This document shows positions 23,789 to 37,967 of a stretch of 41,031 nt of DNA, piece by piece. The stretch spans positions 1 to 41,031 of the forward strand of contig JAWVZU010000003.1 of the NCBI GenBank assembly GCA_033722075.1. The letters are read 5' to 3'. This DNA is from Lysobacterales bacterium (lineage in GTDB: Bacteria > Pseudomonadota > Gammaproteobacteria > Xanthomonadales > SZUA-38). Numbering within the stretch: the first letter of the stretch is position 1; each line of letters starts with the position of its first letter. Below the pieces are notes generated by a model. The model was given only the letters and a program-made list of their open reading frames with translations. It did not search any database and was not told the origin of the DNA. Made by a program: the position numbers and the translations under genes.

Positions 23789-26386
23789 TCATGCCTGGCG
23801 ACGCGGGCTCAGGGGCGTGACATTCGAGTCGGGTTTGGGAACGGGCTGGTCCAACGACTCCAGCGGACGGCCGACGAAATAGCCCTGCATCTGGTCAATA
23901 CCCGAGTGTTCAAGGGCACAGACCGTCTTGGCACTGTCGACGCATTCGGCAATGGTCCGCTTGCCCAGCGCCCGCGCGACCTTGGCGATTGCAGTCAGCA
24001 CCGCCTCGTTGATCGGGTCGGCGTTCATGCTCCGCAGATAGGTCCCATCGATCTTCAGGTAATCGACGTCGAGTTCGCGCAGGTGGCTGAACGACGCGAA
24101 ACCGTTGCCGAAGTCATCCAGCCCGAAGCGGCAGCCCAGCTTCCTGAGTTCCTCCATGAACCGCATGGCGGCCTCCATGTGGCTCATGGCGCGCGTTTCG
24201 GCAAGCTCGAAGGTGACCGACGAGCCGTTCAGGTCATGGTCCTTCAGGCACTGGGCAATGAACTCGACGGTGCCTTCATCGAGCATCGACTGCTCCGACA
24301 GATTGATCGCAAACCGGCAGTCGCGGCCCTCGCGCCGGATGCGGGCCAGTACCTCGAAGGCATTCCGGATGACCCAGCGATCGATGTCGATCATCATGTT
24401 GAAGCGTTCGGCGGTCGGCAGAAATGCGTCCGGAGCAATCAGGTTGCCCTCGCTGTCGCACAGGCGAAGCAGCACCTCGAACTCGGAAAGCTCACCGATC
24501 AGCGCCGGATCACTCTGGCGCCAGAGCTTGCCTTCCTCCACCGGCACGGAATCGTAATCGATTCGCGCCAGCGGCAGGATCGGCTGGAAGCGGAGCGCGA
24601 AATTATCTTCCTTCAGGGCCAGCTTGAGCCTCGTAGACCAGCCCAATTCCATGTCCATGGCCGCCTTCTGGTCGCTCTCGACCGAGAACATGTGGACCCG
24701 GTTGCGCCCTTCCAGCTTCGCCAGATGGCAGGCGATGTCGGCATTGGCCATGATCTCGCCTGCCGACTGCGCCTGACTGTCGAACGATGCCACGCCGATG
24801 GTCGCGCTCACCACGTATTGCTTGCCGCCGTACAGGAACGGCGCGTCCTCCAGCGCCAGCCGGAACTGGTTGGCCGCCTGCGAGGCCGCCTCCGGGCGAA
24901 TGTTGCGCAAGATCACCGCGTATTCGTCGCCGCCGATCCGCGCCAGGGAATCGGACATGCGCAGCCGCCCCTTCAACCGCCGGGCCACCTCGACCAGCAG
25001 CCGGTCGCCCGCGACGTGGCCTGCCGTATCGTTGATGTACTTGAAGCGGTCGAGGTCGACGAACAGCAGGGCGCTGGTCTGTTCGCTGCGCTTCAGTCGG
25101 TGCACCTCCTGCTCCATCTGGTCCTCGAAATGAGACCGGTTGGGCAGCTTGGTCAGCGAATCATGGGTTGCCTGCCAGCGAAGCTCCTCCTCCAGCATCT
25201 TTCGCGCGGACACGTCCCGGAAGGCCACCACTGAACCGTGCCGCTGGCCCTCGATTTCCAGGGGGAAAACGGTGCATTCGACCGGAAGCTGGCGCCCCTC
25301 GGAACTCCAGAAGACGGTCTGCCAGCCGGTGAGCTGGTTGCCGGTCTGGTAGCACTGGCTCAGGAAACACGCTTCCTCCGGCATGGCGCTGCCGTCCTCG
25401 AAGCGGTTGTGAAACAGGTCATAGGAGCGCGAGCCGATCAGTTCCGCCTCGCCGGCAAAGCCCAGCAGTTCCCGAGCTGCGGGGTTGACGAACTGGATGT
25501 GGCCCTTGGGATCCACGCCGTAGACGCCGTCCCCGACCGATTTCAGGATGCCTTCCAGGCGACGGCGTTCATTGTCGATCGAGCGGCGATCGAGCACGTT
25601 GCGCGCCAGCGAAGCCACCCGGGCCAGGAACAGCTCCTTGGCCTCGTTCTTGAAGATGCACTCGACTGCGCCCGCGGCCAGCGAATCGTTGATGACCGTA
25701 TCGGAGTAGGTTCCGGTGATCACCGCCGGCATGATCTGATCGGTGGCCGGGGTTGCCCGCAGCTTGCTGACCAGGGTGGTGCCGTTCTGCTCGGGCATGA
25801 AATAGTCGACGATGGCGATGTCGAAGTGCTCGGCCATCGCTTTTCGGAATCCCTCGGCCACGGACGAGGCGGTTTCGACCAGGAAACCGTGCTTCATCAG
25901 CAGGCGCCGAAATGCGATTCGTACCGTCGGGGAATCATCGACGAACAGGATCCGGAGGTGGTGATCGGCCAGATCCTCGAGCGTGGCCACTCGGGTTTCG
26001 CGGTGAGGGTCCAGAAGCCGGATCAGGGCGTCGGGCACCTCGCTGCAGTCCGACCAGAGGAGCATCGCGCTGCGCTTGCGATACTTCAGCCAACCCACGG
26101 CCTGGGAGGACATGCTCTCGCACATCAGGAGCGCGGCCAGGTGGGACTGGCGGTGCTCGCTCAGCTTGTTGACGAAAGCGTGGAATTCCTGGCTGAGTTC
26201 GGCCTCCTCGGGCCAGCCCACGATCACGCCGACCAGGTCCGATCCGGCCGACTGGACATCGGACAATCCGGCAATCGCTGCCTTGAAGTCGGCCGCCTTC
26301 TGAACAACGAACCCGCGCATGCCGAGCAGCTTCCGCAGAGCCGTTTCGTGGCTTTCCGATGGGTTGACCAGGAGTATGCGCTTCAA
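23789..26386 (-). CDS. dual-receiver / PAS / GGDEF / EAL c-di-GMP signalling protein
   Basis: The 865-aa product has a degenerate REC1 (LLVNPSES..., VIVGWPEE) and a canonical REC2 (ILFVDDSPTVR...IAIVDYFMPEQNG). It also has a PAS domain. The GGDEF domain has an RMSD I-site and the motif GGDEY. The EAL domain has EVLLRL and DDFGNG. Confidence 0.92.
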   Translation of the reverse strand: MKRILLVNPSESHETALRKLLGMRGFVVQKAADFKAAIAGLSDVQSAGSDLVGVIVGWPEEAELSQEFHAFVNKLSEHRQSHLAALLMCESMSSQAVGWLKYRKRSAMLLWSDCSEVPDALIRLLDPHRETRVATLEDLADHHLRILFVDDSPTVRIAFRRLLMKHGFLVETASSVAEGFRKAMAEHFDIAIVDYFMPEQNGTTLVSKLRATPATDQIMPAVITGTYSDTVINDSLAAGAVECIFKNEAKELFLARVASLARNVLDRRSIDNERRRLEGILKSVGDGVYGVDPKGHIQFVNPAARELLGFAGEAELIGSRSYDLFHNRFEDGSAMPEEACFLSQCYQTGNQLTGWQTVFWSSEGRQLPVECTVFPLEIEGQRHGSVVAFRDVSARKMLEEELRWQATHDSLTKLPNRSHFEDQMEQEVHRLKRSEQTSALLFVDLDRFKYINDTAGHVAGDRLLVEVARRLKGRLRMSDSLARIGGDEYAVILRNIRPEAASQAANQFRLALEDAPFLYGGKQYVVSATIGVASFDSQAQSAGEIMANADIACHLAKLEGRNRVHMFSVESDQKAAMDMELGWSTRLKLALKEDNFALRFQPILPLARIDYDSVPVEEGKLWRQSDPALIGELSEFEVLLRLCDSEGNLIAPDAFLPTAERFNMMIDIDRWVIRNAFEVLARIRREGRDCRFAINLSEQSMLDEGTVEFIAQCLKDHDLNGSSVTFELAETRAMSHMEAAMRFMEELRKLGCRFGLDDFGNGFASFSHLRELDVDYLKIDGTYLRSMNADPINEAVLTAIAKVARALGKRTIAECVDSAKTVCALEHSGIDQMQGYFVGRPLESLDQPVPKPDSNVTPLSPRRQA

Positions 26387-26435
26387 ACCGATTCCCTGTT
26401 CGCTCTATGGCGCGCAATAAACCTGCGAAGCATAG

Positions 26436-26460
26436 CAGAAAACGGTGAAGCGTTTTTCTG
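26436..26460 (-). terminator. terminator-like hairpin after the HesB/IscA gene
   Basis: The imperfect stem CAGAAAACG/CGTTTTTCTG has a 6-nt loop and lies 3 nt beyond the stop codon. The T residues fall within the 3' arm rather than forming a separate tail. Confidence 0.35.
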
Positions 26461-26462
26461 TC

Positions 26463-26798
26463 TCAGGCCTCGGGCGGCGCCACGGCAAAGCTCTCGCCGC
26501 AGCCGCACTCGTCGGTAACGTTGGGATTACGGAAAACGAAGGTCTGGTTGAGACCGACCCGCACGAAATCGATGGACGTCCCGCGGACCAGCGGCAACGC
26601 CTTGGGATCGATGGCCACGGTGATGCCCTTGCTCTCGTATACCGTGTCCTCGGCGGCAATGGCCTCGGCCACGGAGACGTCGTACGCCCAACCGGAACAG
26701 CCGGTCTTGCGAACGCCGAGCCGCAGCGCTTCGCCGCCGTTGCGCTCGAGGTAGCCGCGCACGTGGTCGGCGGCCTGGTCTGTCAATTCAACGGACAT
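26463..26798 (-). CDS. HesB/IscA-family iron-sulfur cluster insertion protein
   Basis: The 111-aa product starts at ATG 26798 ([17 protein letters not shown]). It has the conserved GCSG motif and the C-terminal CGCGESF cluster-ligand motif. Confidence 0.9.
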   Translation of the reverse strand: MSVELTDQAADHVRGYLERNGGEALRLGVRKTGCSGWAYDVSVAEAIAAEDTVYESKGITVAIDPKALPLVRGTSIDFVRVGLNQTFVFRNPNVTDECGCGESFAVAPPEA

Positions 26799-26914
26799 GT
26801 TCCATAGCGTATAGCCGAATCCGCCGATTTCAAGCGACCAGAACGGCCCGGGCCCTTTTTCAAACACCGCGACGATCCGATATCATGCAGCACTTTTGCG
26901 TGAATGACAGACCC

Positions 26915-28312
<1,398 letters not shown>

Positions 28313-28328
28313 CCCACTCGAGGTGGCT

Positions 28329-29120
28329 ATGCAACTAGATCTGAATCTCCAGGGACGCCGGGCGCTGGTCAGTGGCGCCAGCAAGGGCATCGGCCGGACC
28401 AGCGCGGCTCTGCTCGCCGGACATGGCGCAGAAGTAATCGCGCTGGCCCGGTCACAGGACCTTCTGGACGAGCTTCTTGGCGAACTCCCCAGCGACCATG
28501 GCCAGGAGCACGCCGCACTGGTCGTCGATCTCGACGAGCCGGATGCGGCCGCATCGGCAGTCGCCGCCCTGGCCGCGGAGAAGGCGATCCATATCCTGGT
28601 CAACAATGCCGGGGGTCCCCCGGGCGGACCGCTGGTCGAGGCCGACGCCGACGCATTCCTGACCGGTTTTCGACGCCACCTGCTTGCCAGCCATCGCCTT
28701 GTTCAGACGCTGCTGCCGTCGATGCGCTCCGCCGGTTACGGCCGGATCATCAACATCGTATCCACGTCGGTGCGCGAGCCGATCCCTGGCCTGGGCGTTT
28801 CCAACACCATCCGAGGTGCCGTCGCCGGCTGGGCAAAGACGCTGGCGGGCGAACTGGGACCGGATCAGATCACGGTGAACAATGTGTTGCCGGGATTCAC
28901 CGAGACCGAGCGTCTGGCCGGCCTGATCGCGGCACGCGCCGGTGCGCAGGGCAAGCACGAGGATGAGATCGCGGACGGCATGCGAAGCCAGGTGCCCTTC
29001 GGACGCTTCGCACGGCCCGAGGAAGTGGCGGGGCTGGTTGCGTTTCTGGCATCGCCTGCGGCGTCCTTCATCAGCGGTCAGAGCATCGCTGCCGACGGCG
29101 CCCGCATGAAATCCATCTGA
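28329..29120 (+). CDS. SDR-family oxidoreductase (FabG-like)
   Basis: ATG at 28329 has GAGGTGG upstream. The product contains RALVSGASKGIGRTSA, NNAGG and ITVNNVLPGFTETERL. The track ORF's 102-aa extension overlaps asnS. Confidence 0.88.
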   Translation: MQLDLNLQGRRALVSGASKGIGRTSAALLAGHGAEVIALARSQDLLDELLGELPSDHGQEHAALVVDLDEPDAAASAVAALAAEKAIHILVNNAGGPPGGPLVEADADAFLTGFRRHLLASHRLVQTLLPSMRSAGYGRIINIVSTSVREPIPGLGVSNTIRGAVAGWAKTLAGELGPDQITVNNVLPGFTETERLAGLIAARAGAQGKHEDEIADGMRSQVPFGRFARPEEVAGLVAFLASPAASFISGQSIAADGARMKSI

Positions 29121-29150
29121 GGGCAACGCGACTAGAGACTAGAGCGGAAA

Positions 29151-29271
29151 CCATGAAAGGCATGAAATTCAGGAAAAGTTAAATAATTTTCAAAGCCTTA
29201 TACAGGGACGGGGAAAAACGAGTCGCGATCACCGACCATCGCCCTTTTCTGCGTTTTCATGACTTTCATGG
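29151..29271. repeat. 17-bp inverted repeat pair (1 mismatch) bracketing an 87-bp AT-rich core
   Basis: CCATGAAAGGCATGAAA (29151-29167) pairs with TTTCATGACTTTCATGG (29255-29271). Each arm is itself two CATGAAA units. It lies in the convergent intergenic region. Confidence 0.7.
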
Positions 29272-29343
29272 CTCAACGCTGTAGCGCCGCGTGAGCGGCC
29301 CATTCCGGTTTTCCTGCTTTCCTGGTTCCTGCTTTGAATGGAG

Positions 29344-31353
29344 TCAGCGGTCGTAGCCGAAGGCATCGATAAATGGTGCCACCAGTTGCTCGGCTTCCTC
29401 GAGCTGGTGGCGGTATTTCTTCCAGCGACCCACGGCCGACTTGTAGATCGGCTGGGTGACCTGCTCGTAGCTGGGGGTGTTGATCAGGCCGCGCCGGCGG
29501 GCGTGATCCTCGTGGCGCAACAGATCGTCGGTCCATTCCAGCCCGAGGTAGCCGGTCGCCGCACGCAGCACCGATTCCGGTGATTCCACCAGTTCTTCAT
29601 AGCGAAACTCGTGGCAGGGAAGGTCCATGACCGACTGATATTGAAGCCACAGGGTCATCACATCCCGATATACGCGAGCCGCTCCCTCGACGCTGAGAAA
29701 ATGGGTCATGAACGCGCTCAGGGTGAAATCCTGCATGAAGCAGGACAGGCACACGTCCAGCGGATGGCGCAGCGCGAAGATGATCGGGGCCTGCGGGAAG
29801 AGCATCCGAAGAAATCCTGCGTGGACCGTATGCAGCGGTGACTTGTCGAGCAGCAGGACGCCGCTTTCCAGCCGGTGACCGGACAGTTCGAAGGCTACTT
29901 CCCGATACTGGGCACGCAACTCGTCCAGATCGGCATCGCTGAGCCGCGGGAGATGCGCCGGATAGGGCCCGAAGCGTCGATCCATCTCGGCGATCACCCG
30001 GTTCAGTACGGGCAGTTCCTCCATGACCCGCACCTGCGGGTGGGCGCCGAGCACCGTGTCCAGCAGGGTCGTGCCGGAACGCTGGAAACCGAACAGGAAA
30101 GCCGGAGAGTCCGCCTGCTCGGGTCCCGAGCGCATCGCCCAGGAAGCCTCGCCGGAAAAGACCTCCCGGATGCCGGCCAGGCCAGGAAGGAAGGTATCGC
30201 GCTCGCCCGCGCCGCCCCAAAGGCTCAGGGCCAGCCGGTTGCCTGAACGATAATGCTCGAAGGCCAGGTCGTTCTCGTTCGCCCGATCGCAGATCTGGCC
30301 CAGCGCGAAATGGGCGTCCTTGCGAATATCCTCCGCCAGCGGCGGTTCCGTGGACAGCAGTTTCTCGAAGCGCCCCCGCGCGGATTCGATGTCGCCGCAG
30401 CGCCGGATGCATTTTGCCGCAGTCAGTTCGAGCCGCGGGTTCGGTTCGGCGCCGTCGATCAGCGCCAGTGCTTCGTCCGGACGGTTGGCCAGTTCCAGCA
30501 GTGCCGCATGATTGACGACCGCATTGGTGTGCTCCGGATCGAGCGCCAAGGCCTTTTCAAACGCCTCCTCCGCGGCATCGAAACGGCTCAAGGCCGTGTT
30601 GGCGGCGCCCAGGTTGTTCCAGGCATCCGCATCGTCCGGGCTGAGTTCGACGGCGCGCCGGTGGGCTTCGACCGCTGCCTCGAAGGCATTGGCCCGGGTC
30701 CGGGCCCGGCCCAGCTCGGTCCAGCTTGCCGGGTCATCCGGGGCCAGCCGTGTTGCCTGCTCACCCGCCTCCACCGCCTCCCGCGGCGAGCCGGTGAGCT
30801 GAAGCGCGGCACACAGTCCACGCCAGGCCGCCGCATGGTCACGCCGAACCGCAAGCGCCCGTTGAAAGAGGTCCCGGGCCTCCTCAGCCCGATCATCGGC
30901 CAGGGCAAGATTGCCGAGATTGCACAGGGCGCCGGCGTGGGCCGGCTCAAGGGCCAGGACACGCCGATAGCTTTCCGCCGCTTCTTCCGTGCGGCCCAGG
31001 TTGACCAGGGCTGTACCGCGGTTCTGCCAGGCTGAAACGTGGCGGGCGTTGATCTCCAGGCAGCGGTCGAAAAGTCGGACGGCCTTCTCGTCGTAACCGG
31101 CTTTCAGCAGGGCACTGGCATGGTTGTAGGGTATCTCGGGATTGTTCGGGGCGGCCGCAACCGCTTTACCGAGTAATGCTTCACCCGCTTCCAGATCACC
31201 CAGCGCGAGACGAATCACCCCCGCGAGGTGCAGCACCTCGGGATGCTTCGCCTGGGCCTCGAGCAACCGCTCGACCAACGGCAAGGCATCCGCAGGACGC
31301 CCCGCCTGCAAAAGCCGCGCGGCCTGCATGAATTGATCTTTGAAGTGGTTCAT
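29344..31353 (-). CDS. TPR-repeat protein with C-terminal sulfotransferase domain
   Basis: The 669-aa product has about 9 TPR units in its N-terminal ~330 aa (e.g. AWQNRGTALVNLGRTEEAAESYRRVLALEP). The C-terminal part carries the PAPS 5'-phosphosulfate-binding loop FLFGFQRSGTTLL and downstream sulfotransferase features. Confidence 0.88.
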   Translation of the reverse strand: MNHFKDQFMQAARLLQAGRPADALPLVERLLEAQAKHPEVLHLAGVIRLALGDLEAGEALLGKAVAAAPNNPEIPYNHASALLKAGYDEKAVRLFDRCLEINARHVSAWQNRGTALVNLGRTEEAAESYRRVLALEPAHAGALCNLGNLALADDRAEEARDLFQRALAVRRDHAAAWRGLCAALQLTGSPREAVEAGEQATRLAPDDPASWTELGRARTRANAFEAAVEAHRRAVELSPDDADAWNNLGAANTALSRFDAAEEAFEKALALDPEHTNAVVNHAALLELANRPDEALALIDGAEPNPRLELTAAKCIRRCGDIESARGRFEKLLSTEPPLAEDIRKDAHFALGQICDRANENDLAFEHYRSGNRLALSLWGGAGERDTFLPGLAGIREVFSGEASWAMRSGPEQADSPAFLFGFQRSGTTLLDTVLGAHPQVRVMEELPVLNRVIAEMDRRFGPYPAHLPRLSDADLDELRAQYREVAFELSGHRLESGVLLLDKSPLHTVHAGFLRMLFPQAPIIFALRHPLDVCLSCFMQDFTLSAFMTHFLSVEGAARVYRDVMTLWLQYQSVMDLPCHEFRYEELVESPESVLRAATGYLGLEWTDDLLRHEDHARRRGLINTPSYEQVTQPIYKSAVGRWKKYRHQLEEAEQLVAPFIDAFGYDR

Positions 31354-31514
31354 GGAACTGGCCGCGGAGTGTGGCGTAGCGCCATCACCAGTGCAAGCCC
31401 TTACCCGGTCACCGGGACTTTTCCGGTTGCGTTGCAGGAATACCCTGTTTAAGCTTCATCTTTAAATCGCGATAGAAGGATATACCGATCGATCTGCAGC
31501 ACGCATCGCAGGCC

Positions 31515-32410
31515 ATGAAGCTCCTGGCGGACCCCAACCGGGTGCGCCTGCTGGCCCTGCTCGAACGCGAGGAGCTCACCGTTGCGGAACTGGCGGCGGT
31601 CACCATGCTCGCCCAGCCACGGGTCTCCACGCACCTGGCCAAGCTGCGCGAAGCCGGGCTGGTGAAGGACCGGCGGGCAGGCGTCCAATCCTACTATCGC
31701 TTCAACGCCAACCAGGGTTGTCCCGATCAACTGCGCTTGTGGGCCAGCCTGCGAGAATCCGTGGACGATGCCATGCTGGAGGCAGACGGGGAACGGCTGC
31801 CGGCGGTCCTCGCAGCCCGAGCTCGCTCGCAGCGCTGGGCAGACAGCGTCGCGGGCGACATGGAACGGCATTACTCGCCCGGCCGTACCTGGGAGGCGAT
31901 GGCCCGCTCCCTGTTGCGCCTGCTGAAATTGGGCGACGTGCTGGACGTAGCCTCGGGGGACGGCGTACTGGCCGAACTGCTCGCCCCACGCGCCGATTCG
32001 ATCACCTGCGTGGACGTCAGCGAGCAGGTCGTGAAAGCCGCCGAAAGACGCCTGGAGGCCTTTCCCAATGCCCGGGTCAAGCTCGGCGACATGCACGAAC
32101 TGCCCTTCCCCGACGGTTCCTTCGACCAGGTCATCTGCATGCACGGGCTGACCTACACGAAACGGCCCCAGGAGGCCGTCCGGGAGCTGGTTCGAGTGCT
32201 CCGGGACGGAGGCGACCTGCTGCTCACGACGCTGAACCGGCATGCTCACGAGAGCGCCGTCGAGCCCTACGACCATGTCAACCTCGGGTTCAAACCCCGC
32301 CAGCTCGAGATCTTCTGCCGCAAGGCTGGGCTGGAAGTCGTTATCAGCGAGACGGTCTGCCGTGAGCCGCGGCCGCCTCATTTCGAAGTCCTGGTCCTGC
32401 ACGCCACGAA

Positions 32411-32414
<4 letters not shown>
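31515..32414 (+). CDS. sahR: ArsR-family wHTH regulator fused to a SAM-methyltransferase-like domain (SahR-type)
   Basis: The N-terminus [48 protein letters not shown] is an ArsR HTH. The C-terminus [15 protein letters not shown]...[13 protein letters not shown] matches class I methyltransferase motifs I and post-I. An ATGA overlap joins it to metH. This architecture and context match the SahR-type methionine-cycle regulators described in Proteobacteria. Confidence 0.75.
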
Positions 32415-36112
<3,698 letters not shown>

Positions 36113-36117
36113 CGGTG

Positions 36118-36759
36118 CTAGACGATACCCAGCTCGAAGGCCTTGAGCACCGCGCGGGTTCGATCGCGGACTCCCAGCTTGGAGAGAATGTTGGACACAT
36201 GGTTCTTGACCGTGCCCTCCGCGACATTCAGGGAATTGGCGATTTCCTTGTTGCTGTAGCCACCAGCCATCAACCGCAGGATTTCCGTTTCGCGGTCGGT
36301 CAGCGGATCGGGCCGGTCGAGGCTGGAGAAATCGGTGCGCATGCCCTCCAGGCCTTTCAGGAGCCGTTCGGTCACCGCCGGCTTGACCAGGGACCCACCC
36401 TGAGCCACGGTCTTGACCGCATCGACCAGTTCCTCCAGCTTGACGTCCTTGAGGAGATAGCCCTTCGCGCCCGCCTTGATGCCCGCCAGCACCAGCGTAT
36501 CGTCGTCGAAGGTGGTCAGGATGATCGTCGGCGGCAGCTGCTTGCGTTCCGACAGGGTCTGCAGGACATCCAGTCCGGACATGCCGGGCATGCGCATGTC
36601 CAGCAGGACCACGTCGGGACCGACTTCCGGGATCATTTCGACCGCAGCCTCCCCGTCCGGCGCCTCGTCGACCACCTCGATCTCGTCGGACAGTTCGAGC
36701 AGGCTTCGAACGCCCTGCCGAACCAGCGTCTGATCGTCTACCAGGAATACCTTGATCAT
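36118..36759 (-). CDS. NarL/FixJ-family response regulator
   Basis: ATG at 36759 has GGAGGTGG upstream. REC domain: MIKVFLVDDQTLVRQG...VVLLDMRMPGMSG. LuxR HTH: LTDRETEILRLMAGGYSNKEIANSLNVAEGTVKNHVSNILSKLGV. An ATGA overlap joins it to the kinase stop. Confidence 0.93.
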   Translation of the reverse strand: MIKVFLVDDQTLVRQGVRSLLELSDEIEVVDEAPDGEAAVEMIPEVGPDVVLLDMRMPGMSGLDVLQTLSERKQLPPTIILTTFDDDTLVLAGIKAGAKGYLLKDVKLEELVDAVKTVAQGGSLVKPAVTERLLKGLEGMRTDFSSLDRPDPLTDRETEILRLMAGGYSNKEIANSLNVAEGTVKNHVSNILSKLGVRDRTRAVLKAFELGIV

Positions 36760-37904
36760 AACCCCACCTCCTTGGGCAGCCATGCGTTCAGAGAGAAGCC
36801 CTTGCCGAGGGCCGAATCCACGGAAAGACGGCCGCCAAACTGGCGAAGTCGCTCACCCATACCCATCAGTCCATTCCCCGCTTCCAGATCATCCGTACCT
36901 TGCCCGTCGTCCCGGGCGTTGATGGTTACCCCATCCTTGTCGTGGTCCACCGCCAGCCACAGGTTGTCGGCGTCCGCATGCTTGACCGCGTTGGTGATGA
37001 TCTCCTGCGTACAGCGCAGGATGATCTGGGCACGACGCGGATCATCGACCATGAGATGGTCGGGCATGCTCAGGTGGATCTTCGGTCGTGGGACGCCCTC
37101 AGTCAAACTCCGGATCGCCTCCCCCAGTTCGACCGCATCGTCGGCACGCATCGAGCCCACCACCTCGCGAACGTCACTCAGCAGCAGCCGTGCCACCGAT
37201 TGAGCCTGGTCGACGTGTTCCCTGGCCTTGCCCTCCACGAGGTGGCTGGCAACCTCGAGGTTCAGGCTCAAGGCGGTCAGGTGATGGCCCACGAGATCAT
37301 GCAGCTCGCGCGAGATGCGAACACGCTCGGCGATGCGCGTGCTCTCGGTCAAAAGCACCTGGGTTGCGCGCAGCTCCGAATTGACCTTGCGCAGCTCGTC
37401 GCGCGCCAAAGCCATGCGCCGCGCAACGTAGGACAGGACGAAGGTGAAGCTGGTGAACCCCAGGTACAACCCGGCCAGGATCGCCGCCTGAGCGAGGGTG
37501 ACGTTGGGGAACGACGTATAGACCGTGAGCGCCAGCGCCATGTTCTGCAGGACCAGCCACACCGTCCCGTAGCTCAGGGGCATGATCCAGGGGAGGATGC
37601 CGGCAACCACCAGCAGCAGGATGCCACCCGTTCCCGTGTGGGTGGAGGCGGTAACCGTCAGCGCTGAAACGGTCATGAGGGCCAGCAACAGGGTCTGCTC
37701 GCGTATCGCCGGCCGAGCCTCCACGGTACTCGCTAGGCGCCAGTGGGACGCGCCGAAGGCCAGCAGCGAGGCAAGGCAGACCCACCAGAGGTTGCGCAGA
37801 TCTCCGTCGTCGCCCACGAACCAGATCGTGAGCAATCCTATGGAGACGCTGGCCCAGGTGAACAGACCGGCAAACTTCAGGAGCTGGATGCTGGAGTATC
37901 TCAT
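36756..37904 (-). CDS. membrane-embedded sensor histidine kinase, HisKA_3 (DesK/NarX-like) type
   Basis: ISRELHDLVGHHLTAL is the H-box, and a HATPase_c domain (DDGQG, GNGLMGMGERL) follows. The N-terminus has about 5-6 TM helices and no periplasmic domain. I prefer the start at ATG 37904 (MRYSSIQLLKF), with moderate confidence. The track start at 38162 overlaps the GNAT gene. Confidence 0.85.
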   Translation of the reverse strand: MRYSSIQLLKFAGLFTWASVSIGLLTIWFVGDDGDLRNLWWVCLASLLAFGASHWRLASTVEARPAIREQTLLLALMTVSALTVTASTHTGTGGILLLVVAGILPWIMPLSYGTVWLVLQNMALALTVYTSFPNVTLAQAAILAGLYLGFTSFTFVLSYVARRMALARDELRKVNSELRATQVLLTESTRIAERVRISRELHDLVGHHLTALSLNLEVASHLVEGKAREHVDQAQSVARLLLSDVREVVGSMRADDAVELGEAIRSLTEGVPRPKIHLSMPDHLMVDDPRRAQIILRCTQEIITNAVKHADADNLWLAVDHDKDGVTINARDDGQGTDDLEAGNGLMGMGERLRQFGGRLSVDSALGKGFSLNAWLPKEVGL

Positions 37905-37967
37905 TCCCGTCTTGTTAGGATCTTCAATCGGCCCAATCTCGGTCCTGATCATAAGGGACATCAAACA

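Noticed and set aside
31354-31514. Possible SAH, SAM or cobalamin riboswitch upstream of sahR-metH
   Set aside because: I see only short hairpins (TGGCG/CGCCA, CCGG-TCA-CCGG). I recognise none of the conserved cores of these riboswitch classes by eye. A covariance-model scan (Rfam/Infernal) would be decisive.
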